A stretch of DNA of 57,669 nucleotides, filler included, from Porpidia crustulata (taxonomy: Eukaryota), in the NCBI GenBank assembly GCA_964255105.1. It is 5 parts of 5 records of this genome, joined end to end, with 100 filler letters (N's around TTAATTAATTAA, not from the genome) between each part and the next. Parts side by side here need not be neighbours in the genome. Positions count along the whole stretch, not along the records: positions 1 to 11,466 come from CAXUWE010000655.1; positions 11,567 to 23,023 come from CAXUWE010000656.1; 3 more parts are not named here. The stretch is one strand, 5' to 3'. Made by a program: the position numbers and the translations under genes. Within the stretch, counting starts at the first letter, position 1. Every line of letters starts with the position of its first letter. Below, one piece after another: positions 1 to 12,155 of this stretch. Under the pieces are notes generated by a model. The model was given only the letters and a program-made list of their open reading frames with translations, was not told the DNA's origin and did not search any database.

Positions 1-257
1 GTTGGTTAGGGTTGACGAGCTGGGAGGGGATGGGAGAGCAGAATCTGCATCGGTTAATTCATACTTGAGAGGCGAGGCGATGCGATGCTAGATGCTACCC
101 ACTCTCTCAATCACCGAAGAAGCTTTTATCTCGACTGATTCTTTACAGCTGGGATTTTTGGTTTTTTTCGGTTTGACTGGAATTCACACATATCTTGCGC
201 CTTTCTTTCGGTAGCTTTTGCTACCCTACACTATTCGTCATCGTCGCTTTTCTCGTC

Positions 258-1169
258 TTAACTTACCATCGTCTCCGGAGGATAAATCCCCGACGGTTCT
301 TGCAACACGCCTATCTTTGATTGTTCGATCTCACGATTTAAACCTGATTTTACCCCCGATTGTTTGGTATCGCAATACATCCTCCCATATTCGCTAGATA
401 GAACCCTGGACCGCCGGTGACATCGAATATACAGTATACCGCCGTGATAGATGCCGAGACTCATGTTCCACGAGTAGACCGGCTTGGTAGTTTTGGAGTT
501 GGATATCTCACGGGAAAAACGTTGAGCTGATGATTAGCCATGAGGGCGCGTTGCATTTTTGTTGAAAAGGCTTTTTTGCGGAGCGAGGGCGTCGATGGGA
601 GTAGGTCAGGTCCTTGAGGGTGGAACGCAGTGGCGGCCGCTTGGATGCCAGGATTCTTGCATCTTCTGACCCCCAAGCCCATTCATACGCACCAGATTCT
701 TCACTAAGTTCTCCTTAAAACTCCGCAGAAATAGCCAAACCGCCGTAGCAATGAACAATGACCTTGCCATTAGCGTAATCCTCTATTAGACGGCCGTACC
801 CGCGGTATTCCTTGCTGAAAGAAAGGGGTAGATAGAGGAGCTTGGAGAAGGTTTGATGGGGAGATCGGCTTTGTGGGGTTTTGCTGGGGGAATTAAGGGG
901 TTGGTTGGTATTGGAGGAGCGGAACTGTGGGGCGTGGTGGTGGTTTGATGGAGGAAGTATGGATGTAGCCAGGGGCTGGGATATTGTCATTTTTCAAGGC
1001 ATAAGTCTTGTCAGTGATCATAACCTTGAAGACGTCGGATTGGACGTTCTACCCATCGGTACTGAGCAGTCGTCCAACTTCTACCTTGCTTGGCCTTCCC
1101 GTCCTCGAATAGATGTATTTCGGGGCCCTCGAATTCAGGAAGAGGCCTGTTGAATAGAATACCCACCAT
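258..1169 (-). pseudogene. Degenerate FTA2-domain (PF13095-like, kinase-fold) fungal protein
   Basis: Reading across frames gives MVGILFNRPLPEFEGPEIHLF, then VFKVMITDKTYALK, SKEYRGYGRLIEDYANGKVIVHCYGGL, PLRSTLKDL and DIQLQNYQAGLLVE. These match the family's LP..GP.L..F / VFKV.I.GK.YALK / ECRAYGRL...V.CYGYL / DI...NY.GGLLVDFS motifs in the right order, with several stops and frameshifts. 3' end is approximate. Confidence 0.65.
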
Positions 1170-1689
1170 TGTAATCTTTGCTAAGGAGAGGACCAGCAGG
1201 CTGGACAGTTTTGAATGTCAGGGATCTAGATTTTGGTCCTTGATTCTGATGGCGAGGTTGGAGAGCCCCAGTACTAGATATATCCGACGTAGGACATGCT
1301 GTCAGGTGTTTTGGTCGAGGTTTTACAGTGGAGAATAGCACCGTTCCGGTAAAGGCATGGGCGATGTAATGTTCTTGTAGGCTAGATTGTTCATGGCCTT
1401 ATAATGTATTGTATCTATATCCCTCCCTCCGTATCTGCCTTCCTCCATATCTACCTTCGGTCTGACATCCACGTGAGGGCGCAGTGTAGATATACCGCAA
1501 CGTACTTCGTTCACGGGTGAAAGCTGACGGACGAAGACTGTTAAGCTGCTCGCAGCAAGAGTTTCTTTGATCAAAGTAAACGTACATTAAAGTAGATGAC
1601 GCGTTTGGTCTAGCACTGTACAAGATGAGTAGGGAGAAACAAGTTCTGTCATTCGAATCTGCGCTTTGATCTATGTGCAGATGCTACTC

Positions 1690-2140
1690 ACGATGAAGAA
1701 CGAGTAGAGAACATAAAGATTTTAGTTTCTTAAGTTGACCGTAAAAGCCAGCTAAGCTCCGAGCTTTAAGCCTTGAGACGTCGGTCCACTAGCTATGAGC
1801 GTACTCTATTGAGAACGAAGACATTTGAGATATCTCTGCTTATTGAATTATAAAACTTTCGTCGAGACGCGATGTAATGGAGGATTTTATGCTCGAAAAG
1901 GTCGATCGGATTTCTTACCTCTCGTAAATCTACGTCTGTGCGACAGAAACAGCTTAAAATTCTCGTTGTCAAAAAAGATAGACTCGATTGAAAAGATGGG
2001 TATTGTATATGCAAAATGAATCCTGTTAATGCTCGACCTCCATATAGATTTTGCAGCTCAAAGATAGATTTTCAGGTCTTAATACTTTGATTTATTTCCT
2101 TCTAAATGTTTGATTTTTTATCGTCTCAATTCCTTACAGC
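1690..2140. repeat. AT-rich, probably mutated (RIP-like) repeat relic
   Basis: Visibly lower GC than the flanking genes, rich in TA/TCG/CGA and poor in CC/GG, with no coherent ORF. Judged by eye only. Confidence 0.3.
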
Positions 2141-2296
2141 CTACTTCTGCATGAGATCTAAAAGAAGATCGCGCCTTGCATACTACACTGGGGTATTGTA
2201 CACGGATGTAATCCAAGAAACCAGATGCGATGCGGAGATTTTCTAGGCAATGCACTTGTTATTCGGCACGAAAGTACTATTGATGCGTATGCGCCA

Positions 2297-4177
2297 TCAG
2301 AAGAATTGCAGAATAGAAAAGAGCTTAAAGAACATCGCCCTTCCCTCGCCCCCCTCGTTTACAACATCGATACTGCTGCTAAAAAGCTGCAGTGATGTTA
2401 TATTCTGTTGATGAACGACCGAGTAGATTGCAAAAGGACCGGCAACGCCGATTAAATTAAGTTGCACTGTTGTCGAAAAATCAATTTTCGGGCTCATGTT
2501 CCCCGGCTGAGGGACTGGTAGGGCGATGGTTCCTTTCAATGTGCGAGGAGGATTGGATGTTCGGAGCTAGAGAGTTGCAAAGTATTAAATAAGGGTCTGC
2601 AAAAATCTTGGAATAGGAGGTTAGACTTACAGCGGCAGTAATGTTGAAAGTGAACTCGTGGGATGGATCGATGATGTTATACGTAGCGAGGCCAGGACTG
2701 ATAGAACATAGGGTTGGTATAATGAAGAGCGTGTCCTGGAGCTGGAATCTTTGGTCGTTGACTTGCAGGGCTGAGAGCCCGCTGCTTCCTGCAAATGAGA
2801 GGGTGAATGGATAGTGGAAAGTAGATCCATAGATCCCGATACCGTGATCAACATGATCAGTGGTAGCTTTTACCCCTGCCGGGAGGAGTCGTCGATTTCG
2901 ATCTACAATAGTAACACTTAAGCTTGTAGGAGCAGAAGGAGACCCCGTAACCTCAATGTGTCTCAAGAAACCCGAAAGAGTCATTTTTCCGCTCCAGTCA
3001 ACGTTGAGAGTGAGATTGGAAAATCCTATATTGGTTGGGTCGACGACGGGAGTCAGTTGAACTCCTTTTGGTACAGTCTCGATCATCCGAGTAAAAAGAC
3101 TAGTACAGGTTGATCGATACCGATCTGAAGACTGTGCCAGCTTTCGTACTGTATCATTTCCGTCCGAGCTATAAAGACGTAGATCTGATTGGACGGTCTT
3201 ATTGGTTGTGGTGACGAGAGGGCCCCCTCGACTCCCGTCGCCGTGGACATACTGCTGGATCACATCAACATCAAAGTTTGCGACCGTGTCGTCAAATGAA
3301 ATTCGGCCTCCAGCATTATTCACACCGACTGCCGACTCAGGTACGATCTGTGGGAAGTTGGAATGGTGCACCCCTCCCATTGTGTGTCCGCAAGCGGTCA
3401 GTCCTATCGTATCTTCTTGACTAAATCCTGCGCCTGAGAAGTCGGCTAGGGTAGTCTTGATGTCAGTCTCGGGCAAGGGAACTCCTGCAGGGCCTGGCCC
3501 TGTGGCATCTACACGGCCGCCTCGGAGGGGTATCTGAGGTCCTCCACAGGCACCAGTAGACAGTGCAACCCCTAGCGCTAAGAGATCCGCCATTGATACT
3601 TTGGCACTGAAGAAGAAGCTAAAGAAGAAGAGTGTGTCGTTGAAAGCGGTACCGACATTCTCCGGACGAGACAGTTCAAACCCGATGGATGCATCAAGAC
3701 CACCGGTTCCGGCTGCAACGTTCGCAGTTACGAAGTCATCTACGTGGAATTAGCACATTCCCTTATTCTCCCCAGCATGGCTCTTTGAAACCGCAGTGCT
3801 CATATTGACTAGAGGATTTCCAAGGTGAGGTCGTCATTCAGAAACTCAAATTTTGTCTGTAGGAAATCTGTCACAACGGAAAGTTTCAACGGCCTTGGCC
3901 GACTCGAAGAGATTATGGAAATTGCCTTACGGAAAGCAACACGGATCCATTGAGCTGAAGTCTGCCGCCCTAAACTATTGTTGTTTTGACCGGTGGTGGA
4001 GTCAACATAGTTGGTGCACGGTACGATACCAGAGTTGACGCCTTGTGGGCCGGTGTTATCCAAGTAAAGATGTTCAAGCTCGTTTAGAATGTATGCTTGC
4101 GAATCCGGAAGCATCTGAGAAGAAATCACACGAATAACCGCAACAACAAGAACGGTATATTCAAGGATTCTGAGCAT
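2297..4177 (-). CDS. Secreted hybrid-B type heme peroxidase (peroxidase-catalase superfamily), no WSC domain seen
   Basis: Signal peptide. Splicing intron 3740-3930 rebuilds the distal motif QWIRVAFHD, followed by GGLDASI, SMADL, IPLRGGRVDA and the proximal ACGHTMGGVH. A second intron (~2567-2630) joins the last exon, which ends at 2297. Confidence 0.85.
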
Positions 4178-5084
4178 GTTGGCAAATGACAGATGGTATC
4201 GAACTCAACGATCTAGCATCTGTGGGCCAGTAATATCAATGAGGGTACTTGGGGAGTAGAGTATGCGTCGCTGGGCCCCGTCCATATATCGAGGGTCTCT
4301 AGCAAGACTAAAATTATACTTATAAGCACCTGCTCCAAACTACTGCAGAGCGACGCTGACTGTTCATGCAATGAAAACTTTATCGTCTTAGTAATCGTTC
4401 GCTGTAATTGCATGATTGGTAATCTTCAGTCTGATTCAAAGAAACCTTTCTGGTTTATCGACAGTAGTCGAGTACTAAAGCGTTGTCCTGCTATTGATAT
4501 GCATAGCTTTAAGTGATCTGGGGTCGCCACGTATAAGCGCAGCCACTTCCGCTGCAAGGGACTCTAGGCAGGTAATTCAATGGATGTCATGCGACCTTCC
4601 ATCTTGTCTGTTAATTGCGCAGATTCCATTCTCTAGATGTCATGATTTTGATGGCAGATTTCTTCGTGTTCCAGGCCTTCATCGATGAAAAGAAACATAC
4701 CTGCACACCCCTCCTATTGACTCCCGATCCTGCCTTCTTTCATCGACGTTTTACAATGGGCTTTCGATCGATTGGGGTCGATGAATCGGGAGATGGGCAT
4801 GCAACTCTAGACTATTCCGGTGCTGAATTTTGGACACCTTGTACTTACTCGGAGGGACTTAGTCACCATCTTTGCGGCCTTCATGTAGCTCGCTGACAAA
4901 CGCACACTGATGGTGTGTTAGAACCGCAAGTTTTGCTATTGCTTATGCTGTGACTGTGCAATTTTGTAAAATCAAAGGACTTAAATGACTCTCGAACGTG
5001 AGTGCCTCATCCAAACACCTTAGGAAGATAATTGCCTTCATAGATTCAACTCGGCATCAACTTATATAGGCCAAAGCCACAATC

Positions 5085-7226
5085 ATGTTCCAAGTTGGCG
5101 GGTTCATGCTCATTAGTGTATTCGTTTTTGTCTTATCACCGCTTCGAATTGGTACCTTTGCAGTCAAAGTTCCATACCACTCGCGAGATAATGTAGAAAG
5201 ATGCAAATGTATGCCCGGTGACGCTTGTTGGCCATCTACAGATGACTGGACAGCCTTCAACAGCAGTATTGGTGGGAAATTGATAGCAACAATTCCACTT
5301 GGGTCACCATGCCATGACCCGGCCTATGATGAGACTATATGTTCATCTCTAAGGAATCAGTGGTTTCGGCCGGATATACAGTAAGACTCTGTGGTCTTTG
5401 ACACCAGCAAAGTTTCATATCTCTTACAATTTCTTCTGCTGAACCGGTGAATATGATACAGCTATGCATCGTCTTCATCTGTAATGGCTCCATTCTTCGC
5501 AAATCATAGCTGCGATCCATTTGCTGCCGAAAATTCGGCGTGTGAAATCGGCACGTATGTTCGTTACGCCATCAACGTTACTGAGCCACGAGACATTGCC
5601 GTTGGGGTTGCGTTTGCGAGGCGGAGGAATATCCGGCTCGTGATCCGCAATACAGGCCATGAGTACGTGCAAGGGTTCTCCATTGTGGTTGGAGTGCATA
5701 TATCGAGTTGCTGATGCGGTGTTACTTCAAGTTACCTGGGCAAGTCGACTGGAGATGGTGCACTTGCTATATGGACGCACCATCTTAAGAAAATCGAATT
5801 CTTCGATTATAAAAGCGCGTATTACACAGGCAAAGCCATCAAAATGCATGCAGGCGTGCAGGGGTTTGAAGCATATGCTGCCGCAGACAAAGAAGGGCTG
5901 AATGTGGTTGGTGGCGAATGTCCTACTGTAGGAATCGCAGGTTTGTGACGCCATCTTGCACTGAAGTTCTCCACTTCATCCCTGATCATGAGGATAGGCG
6001 GATACACCCAAGGTGGTGGGCACTCTGCGCTTTCTTCGCGTTACGGACTGGCTGCAGATCAGACTCTGGAATGGGAAGTCATGACTGCAAATGGTAGATT
6101 GCTTCGCGCTTCCCCTACCGAGAACTCAGATCTGTACTGGGCGCTGAGCGGTGGTGGTGGTGGGACGTATGGCGTGGTATATTCATTAACCTCAAGAGTC
6201 CATCCAGACGCCCCGGTTTCAGGGGCAACTCTTAACTTCACGAGAGCAGGGCTCTCCGACGACATCTATTACAAATTAATAGGCTCTTGGCACAAACGCC
6301 TAATACCGATCACTGATGCTGGATGCTATGCTCTCACACTTGTCACAAAAGAAGTTTTCATGGTCTATCCGGTCCTATGCTCTGGAGTTCCCAAAAAAGA
6401 CCTCGAGAACCTTCTTGGACCTTTCACAACCGAGCTTTCCCATGCAGCAGTCAATTTCACCGCAGAGTATTCCGAGTACCCTGGCTATGCCACAGGATAT
6501 ACAGGACTGATCTACCCGGCATATGCCGGGAACTCGACAAGTATCTCACAAGTAGGCGGCAGGCTAATCCCTCGATCTGTCGTTGGGACGAATAATGATG
6601 CGCTCACTACCGCCGTGAGAAACATTACTGGTGATATACCCTTCATAAGTGTCTCAATGAATACCCCAAAAACCACTGCTCATCTCGATAATGCGGTACT
6701 TTTCCACTTACTTGCTGGCATTTCGTATCGTTAATTGAGGAGATAGGTTCTCCCAGCGTGGAGAGAAAATCTGCTTCTCGTCGTACTTCAAGCGTTAGTT
6801 CTCCTTCGTTAGCGCCCGATCTGCAGCTAGTGACGCTGAGCTGACGTGCTCTGGGTTTCAAAGACCATGGGATGAGACCGCACCGTGGTCGGAGATGGTC
6901 GCTTTGCAACGCAAAATGACAGAAGATTGGGTTCCTCAACTGACCGCATTGGCGCCCGACAGTGGCTGCTATCTAAATGAGGTACGAATCTTGACTTCAA
7001 AAGGCAAATAGGTTGGAAAGTCGTACTGTCAGCTAACGATCCGTAACCCTGAAACCAGGCAGACTTCAACCAACCAAATTGGCAGCAAAACTTTTACGGA
7101 TCCCACTATGAAAAGCTCCAAGCCATCAAAGACAAATATGACCCAGACCATACCTTCTATGCGACCACTGCTATTGGAAGCGAGTACTGGAAGGTTGAGA
7201 CGGACGGGCGGCTTTGCGAGGCTTGA
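5085..7226 (+). CDS. Secreted berberine-bridge-enzyme-like FAD oxidoreductase (AA7-like / isoamyl alcohol oxidase type), multi-exon
   Basis: CKCMPGDACWPS N-terminus, RNTGHDYLGKS (covalent-FAD His, spliced), GECPTVG, GGYTQGGGHS, LYWALSGGGGGTYGVV and a C-terminal BBE domain YLNEADF...KYDP. Six GT-AG introns give an intact frame ending TGA at 7224-7226. Confidence 0.9.
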
Positions 7227-7498
7227 AATGGCTATCATATTTCTAGGACTCTTAACTCTCTCGAGCAGACAGTTGTGCAGCCATGATGGGAATCTATCAT
7301 ATTCTAAATATCTCCGCAATTAACAGTGAAAAGTGACATAGCTAGACGTATCGGAAGAGCCTCCAATACGTATCATGATTTAATAGATAGCATCGCACGA
7401 TTTGCTATTATTAATACTGAAATTGACAACAAGACCGTAGTAAATTTCCAATTGAATCACATGGCATATACTGAGAGCCGAGGAAAGGGTTGCAATGT

Positions 7499-8268
7499 TT
7501 ATGCCTCAGCATTGGATAAAGAGGATGCGAAATCGGGAATCTGCTTACTATCAGACATGACGGTAGCTGCAAATCCCGCGACTCGGGGTGCGGCTTGGGA
7601 AGTCCCTGACACAATGCTGGTGGCGCCGTTGGGTCCAATCCACACGGACCTAATGCCAGTTCTAGCGGTGGAGATAGTCACGCACTTGCCCCAATTGAAG
7701 TTTTGACTCTTGCTGTAGCTGACGTCGGTAGATGCGACTGTGATCACTTCCTTGTACTGAGTCGGCGCAACGTTACACGCGTTCTTATTGCTGTCATCAG
7801 CTGCGGCGACGATGGCAATTCCTCGTTTGTATATAGCTTGCAAGTCTTCATGAATAAAGATGCCTACCTGAACACTGGCGAGGCTCCTATATCTGCGTAA
7901 GACTGTAATCAACGTACTTCTCGTTAGCTGGCTTGAATCTTATGTCGTTGCGGTCGAAGCTATGTGGATCATCATTCTCTGCAGGCATAGCAATGAAGCC
8001 AAACATATCGGGCTCCACGTACATGACCCTGAGATTTCGCTGGATACGACCAATCAAATCCGTATAGAAGGTATCAGCATAGCCGTTGACGAAGTCGAAT
8101 CGTGACTCGATGCCAGGCTTGAGGTCCGCGCCGATACTGAGCGTATGGTCTATTAGCGTAGCATTATCATGAAGGAATGATCCAGCTATAGCCTGTTATT
8201 AGAGGTATTGGCGCTGCTAGCGCCGCAGTGACTGCATCCCACCAGGAGACGGAGATGGCACGTCGCAT
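7499..8268 (-). pseudogene. Proteinase-K/subtilisin (S8) remnant with an internal deletion
   Basis: I9 propeptide remnant (FDFVNGYA...LRVMYVEPD) lies only about 100 bp from the C-terminal part (VITVAST, NWGKCV, SGTSQAAPRVAG). The catalytic Asp (DTG) and His (HGTHVAG) segments are absent. Confidence 0.75.
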
Positions 8269-8627
8269 GATGGAGTCAACAGACTCATACTGGCCCAGAT
8301 TCGCCATCTATTTAGTATCAGGCCCCGTTCACGGAGGGTATGCTGCATGTTTAAGCGCATGTGTACCATGCGGTGGGGGATTCTAGTACGTCGGTACTAA
8401 CCTCCGAGCTGCCCTTTTTGACAACGCAAAGTGCGCGAGGATCAGTGGCATTGAGGCTCACGAACTTGGGGAGTGGCAGCTGACAGCAGGACTCCTTGCA
8501 TTTTCACCGCAGGAGTGATATTGTAAATTGGAACTCGAGTCCGGATGTACTAGGAAGAACCGAAACACATCTCTTCAGCTGGTCAAGTACCAACACCAAC
8601 CATCACTTTCCACAACAAAGACAGAAT

Positions 8628-10728
8628 CTAAGAGTTCGATCCGATATTGATCTTGACCCCGTTCGCGGCCAGGACTGAGAACATGCCTCCTAGGGTTGGT
8701 CTCGCATAGCCGACCGGCCCATACCATTCGCCCGCCTTGTCACCACTGATGATGAATCTATCTGGGAAAGGCAGATTGTTCTTTCCGTTTGTCAAGAACC
8801 TATACTCATCCGCAATTATCTCTTCCTGAATTGTGGCGCCGCATGTTGGAGCGACCCACATCGCCCAGACGCCATTGCTTTGAGGCCATGAGCCTGCATA
8901 AGGATAGCCTGTTGCCGTGGCATGCTGTTCGTACCATGCACATTGCATTTGACGAATGTCTGAGGAGAAGGTGTTGAGGTCGAGCAGCTGGTCGGAATAG
9001 AGATTGAAGATCGTACCCCAGGTGGAGTCATTGCCGTAATTATACGTAAAATGCGTCCTTTCTTTATTCAGTCCCAGACCATCGGTGACAAGTTTGTTCA
9101 CAAAGCTCTTGGCTGTGGTGCTGTAGCTCTGGTCGCCGGTTATGGCCGCGTAAGCGTTAAGGCCAATCGCAGAGACAAGGGCCAGATTGGTCTGGTTGGC
9201 GGAAGCGGGGATAGAGTCGACGGTGTCAAGCTGAGAAATGGGGTGCAAGCCGTTTTTCACCAGGTAGTCCGCGTATTGTCGCAGGATCTTGGCATGCGTC
9301 TGAGCAAAGCTTATATCGCTGGTGAGCTTTTGGTAGTCATAAAATAAGATCAAGAAGCCAGCATTGGCTTCCAGGATAATTTTTTCGGCATTTCCGGCAT
9401 TGTGTCCAGTGGCATTTGAGTAGGAAGCTCCGATATCATGAATTGCGTAAGGATGCGACCATTTGCCGGTGTCAAGGTATGCAGCGATAGGTGCGAGTAG
9501 CATTTTGATCCATGTTGGGCCAAGGACGTTCATGATAGGGAACATAGGGTAGATCACGTCAATAGTGTTGACGCTACCATCGCTAGAAATCTCCTTGAGA
9601 AATACATAGGGATTGCTTGTGTCTAGCGTATCCAGGGGAATGATGAGTTCAAGCGCTCCAAAACTAGAAGCAATGTCAGCTTGTCGACCTCACGAGCCGC
9701 AGATGCACCTACACTTGTCTGACAGTAGCGCTTGTAATAGCTGAATTATTTGCTAGAGACAGCACTTGACTGCTGAGCAATTTGTTGGTCAAAGGAATTT
9801 GACTCCTCGTTTGCGGCCTGAAAATCGCGGAAGAAAAAGTCCACAGCTTGTAGAGGAGTGGGATATTTGGATCGATAGTACGAAGTCTGCGCTTTGCCGA
9901 GATAATTAATAGCGTTATCTCAAAGATGGCCGACTGCAAAGGTAGCGGCCGCTTTGGATGAGACCTTTCCCAGGTCCTTTGCCACACCAGCGGTATCGCC
10001 CTTACCCTGTCCTCCAAGCTTGCCACTTTCAACGAATCCAGAGTAGACTGCTTGCCCGTCGCCACTTTGATGCGTAGCTACAGAACTGCTTGACTGCTCA
10101 ACCGCCAATGCGATGTGGCCATAAGTCGCCATATCGTGTCTCTCAGTGTAATGAATGAAATTGGGTATGCTCATATAGATCGCAGATACGGTTTGAGTAC
10201 TGTTGTAGGCGAAGTCTAGAAATTGGACCTGTTCGCCGGTCCAACGAGAGTTAATCCCACTCATGACTTGAACGTCGTGTGCCACGCCATCCTTGCTTGT
10301 AGCCGTGACTGTGAAATAGCTAAACGGTAGGGACTGACGGATATAATTTCCTGGCGACACCGGCGAGAAGAAGTCCAGAACAAAATTGACGGAGCCAGCC
10401 TCAAGATCGACGACTGTGTGTGTGTGCTTGTGTACTTGATGGAGCTTTGAGATGCTAGTGGGCAGTTGGGTATAACTTCTGGAACACCGAAAAGACTAAA
10501 AGTCTTGCTGTCCACCCTTGCCAGGATCGTCCAGTGCAATGGCTGACCCTGCCAGAACTGAGCCTTTGCGATGGGAAAGTTATTTGATTGATCGCCGGGT
10601 ACCCATGCCGACAGATATGGACTTCGTACTGCTAGAGGATATGACGGCAAGTTGGCGCTGACGAGGGTTAGCAGATATATGCTGAAGAGACTGACTCCGG
10701 CGAGCGCCCGCAAGCTAAATAGAACCAT
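8628..10728 (-). pseudogene. gtaA: Secreted glutaminase GtaA-family gene carrying three lesions
   Basis: PSYPLAVRSPYLSAW, RQSLPFSY, KEISSDGSVNTIDVIYP, HDIG, NQTNLA, ARPTLGG. Lesions: +2 frameshift in the (TG)6 tract at 10415-10426, in-frame TGA at 9920-9922, and +1 frameshift near 9746-9750. Confidence 0.85.
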
Positions 10729-11350
10729 GCTATCGGCATGTACTGCAGAACAAATTCGACAAGAGTTGGAAAGAAATGAATGTGATGCTTTATACCAGAA
10801 TTAAGGAAGGCCAAAGCCACTGCAACTGCAATATAATTTGTCAAGAAGAGACGTGATGGTGCAACAGATGTAGATCTCCAGTGCCCTCTTGGATTTACCA
10901 ATGGGAGCCTCCTCAAGAGACATGTTGCTGGTAACGCCGACTTCTGGCACCAGCGCCTTCTAGGCTGGTGGCCTAAGTTGAGGGAGTACTGTTCACCGTT
11001 GAGCCGCAGCAAGCTGACTCAGATTCATAACATAGACAGCAAGAACTGAGAGATGAGATGGCTGAAGCGCAATTCGACGTCAGCTTCAGGGAACATTGCT
11101 GCTCCTCCGCCTGCGCTGAGCTCCAGGAACAGCGGCCGGCGCTGTCCCTTGAGCTGGCAGTCCGTGTGCCATCAGCATTTTCGGGTACCATACCTAGAGA
11201 GTCAATCACCATACCTATGATCGTTACTCCCCCGAGGGATGCTTACCTTACCATTATGATTGTAATGTTAGGGTTAGGATAAACACCTATGTATTGCACA
11301 GTCGAGCGTGAGACTGCTAGCCCCTTTCGGTCTAGAGTTCCTGCTGACTA

Positions 11351-11466
11351 ACGTAATCCGACACTAAACGCACGCCGACACTAAACGCACACCCCACCAC
11401 AATCAATCATTACCTCTATAGAATTAATTTGTTCAACGAACAACGAAGATAAAGCTATAGCAATCA
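11351..11466 (+). mobile_element. Terminal end of a Fot1/pogo (Tc1-mariner) DNA transposon, cut off by the contig end
   Basis: TA (11349-11350) is followed by ACGTAATCC, the TIR start typical of fungal Fot1/Tan1/Aft1-like elements, with a perfect 16-bp internal direct repeat CCGACACTAAACGCAC (11358-11373 and 11375-11390). Confidence 0.7.
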
Positions 11467-11566
11467 NNNNNNNNNNNNNNNNNNNNNNNNNNNNNNNNNN
11501 NNNNNNNNNNTTAATTAATTAANNNNNNNNNNNNNNNNNNNNNNNNNNNNNNNNNNNNNNNNNNNN
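11467..11566. other. Artificial contig spacer N44-TTAATTAATTAA-N44
   Basis: Exactly 100 nt, six-frame stop core, identical at four positions. Confidence 0.98.
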
Positions 11567-11596
11567 CCCGGGCCTCCCCACCCAAAGCCCCGCACA

Positions 11597-11959
11597 ATGG
11601 CCTCCATCGCCGAAAAGCGCGTCGCCGCTCGCGAGGTCATTGATATTCTTTGCGAGATCTCCACTATTCTGGTATTTCCCCCTTGGTCCGCTCATGGAGC
11701 GCAGCCCTCACATGGCTAACATGAGCATGTGCAGAATACCCACCTCGATCGTCCGACGCTCTCGGTATGTGTGTCTTTGATAGAGAACGGTGTCAATCCT
11801 GAGGCGCTCGCGGTGAGTGGGTCATGCCTGGGAGCTCAGGAGGCGGATCGTCAAGAGCGGTGCTGATACGATGGTGAATAGACTGTGATCAATGAGTTGA
11901 GGCAACATGGGGGTAATGTGCCCAAGGACAGTCAAAAGAGCAGTGGGGAGTCTGGTTAG
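11597..11959 (+). CDS. MZT1: Mitotic-spindle organizing protein 1 (MOZART1), 3 exons, missed by the ORF track
   Basis: Spliced product [59 protein letters not shown]..., with canonical GT-AG introns. Confidence 0.92.
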
Positions 11960-12155
11960 AGAAAATTGTTCCCAAAAGCACTTGGGGGGTCTAGACGCAT
12001 GGGTCTGAAGCGATGATACCCGTTTCTCACAAGGGAGTCCGGGATATATCTTCCAGGGCACTGGACTGGAAAATAGGGTGGTGGGATAAACACTTGAATT
12101 TGCAGAGCATAGGATACCATGTTCTACATCAATTACACTTGACTAAAGAAACATC

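Noticed and set aside
715..790. GKVIVHCYGGL as a dual-specificity phosphatase HCxxGxxR motif
   Set aside because: The catalytic Arg is missing, and surrounding motifs fit the FTA2-like family better.
10750..11340. Short ORFs between gtaA and the transposon end
   Set aside because: No recognisable domain or consistent exon structure.
11511..11522. TTAATTAATTAA recurring about every 11.5 kb as a biological periodic repeat or array
   Set aside because: Always embedded in exactly 44+44 Ns; it is a synthetic spacer.
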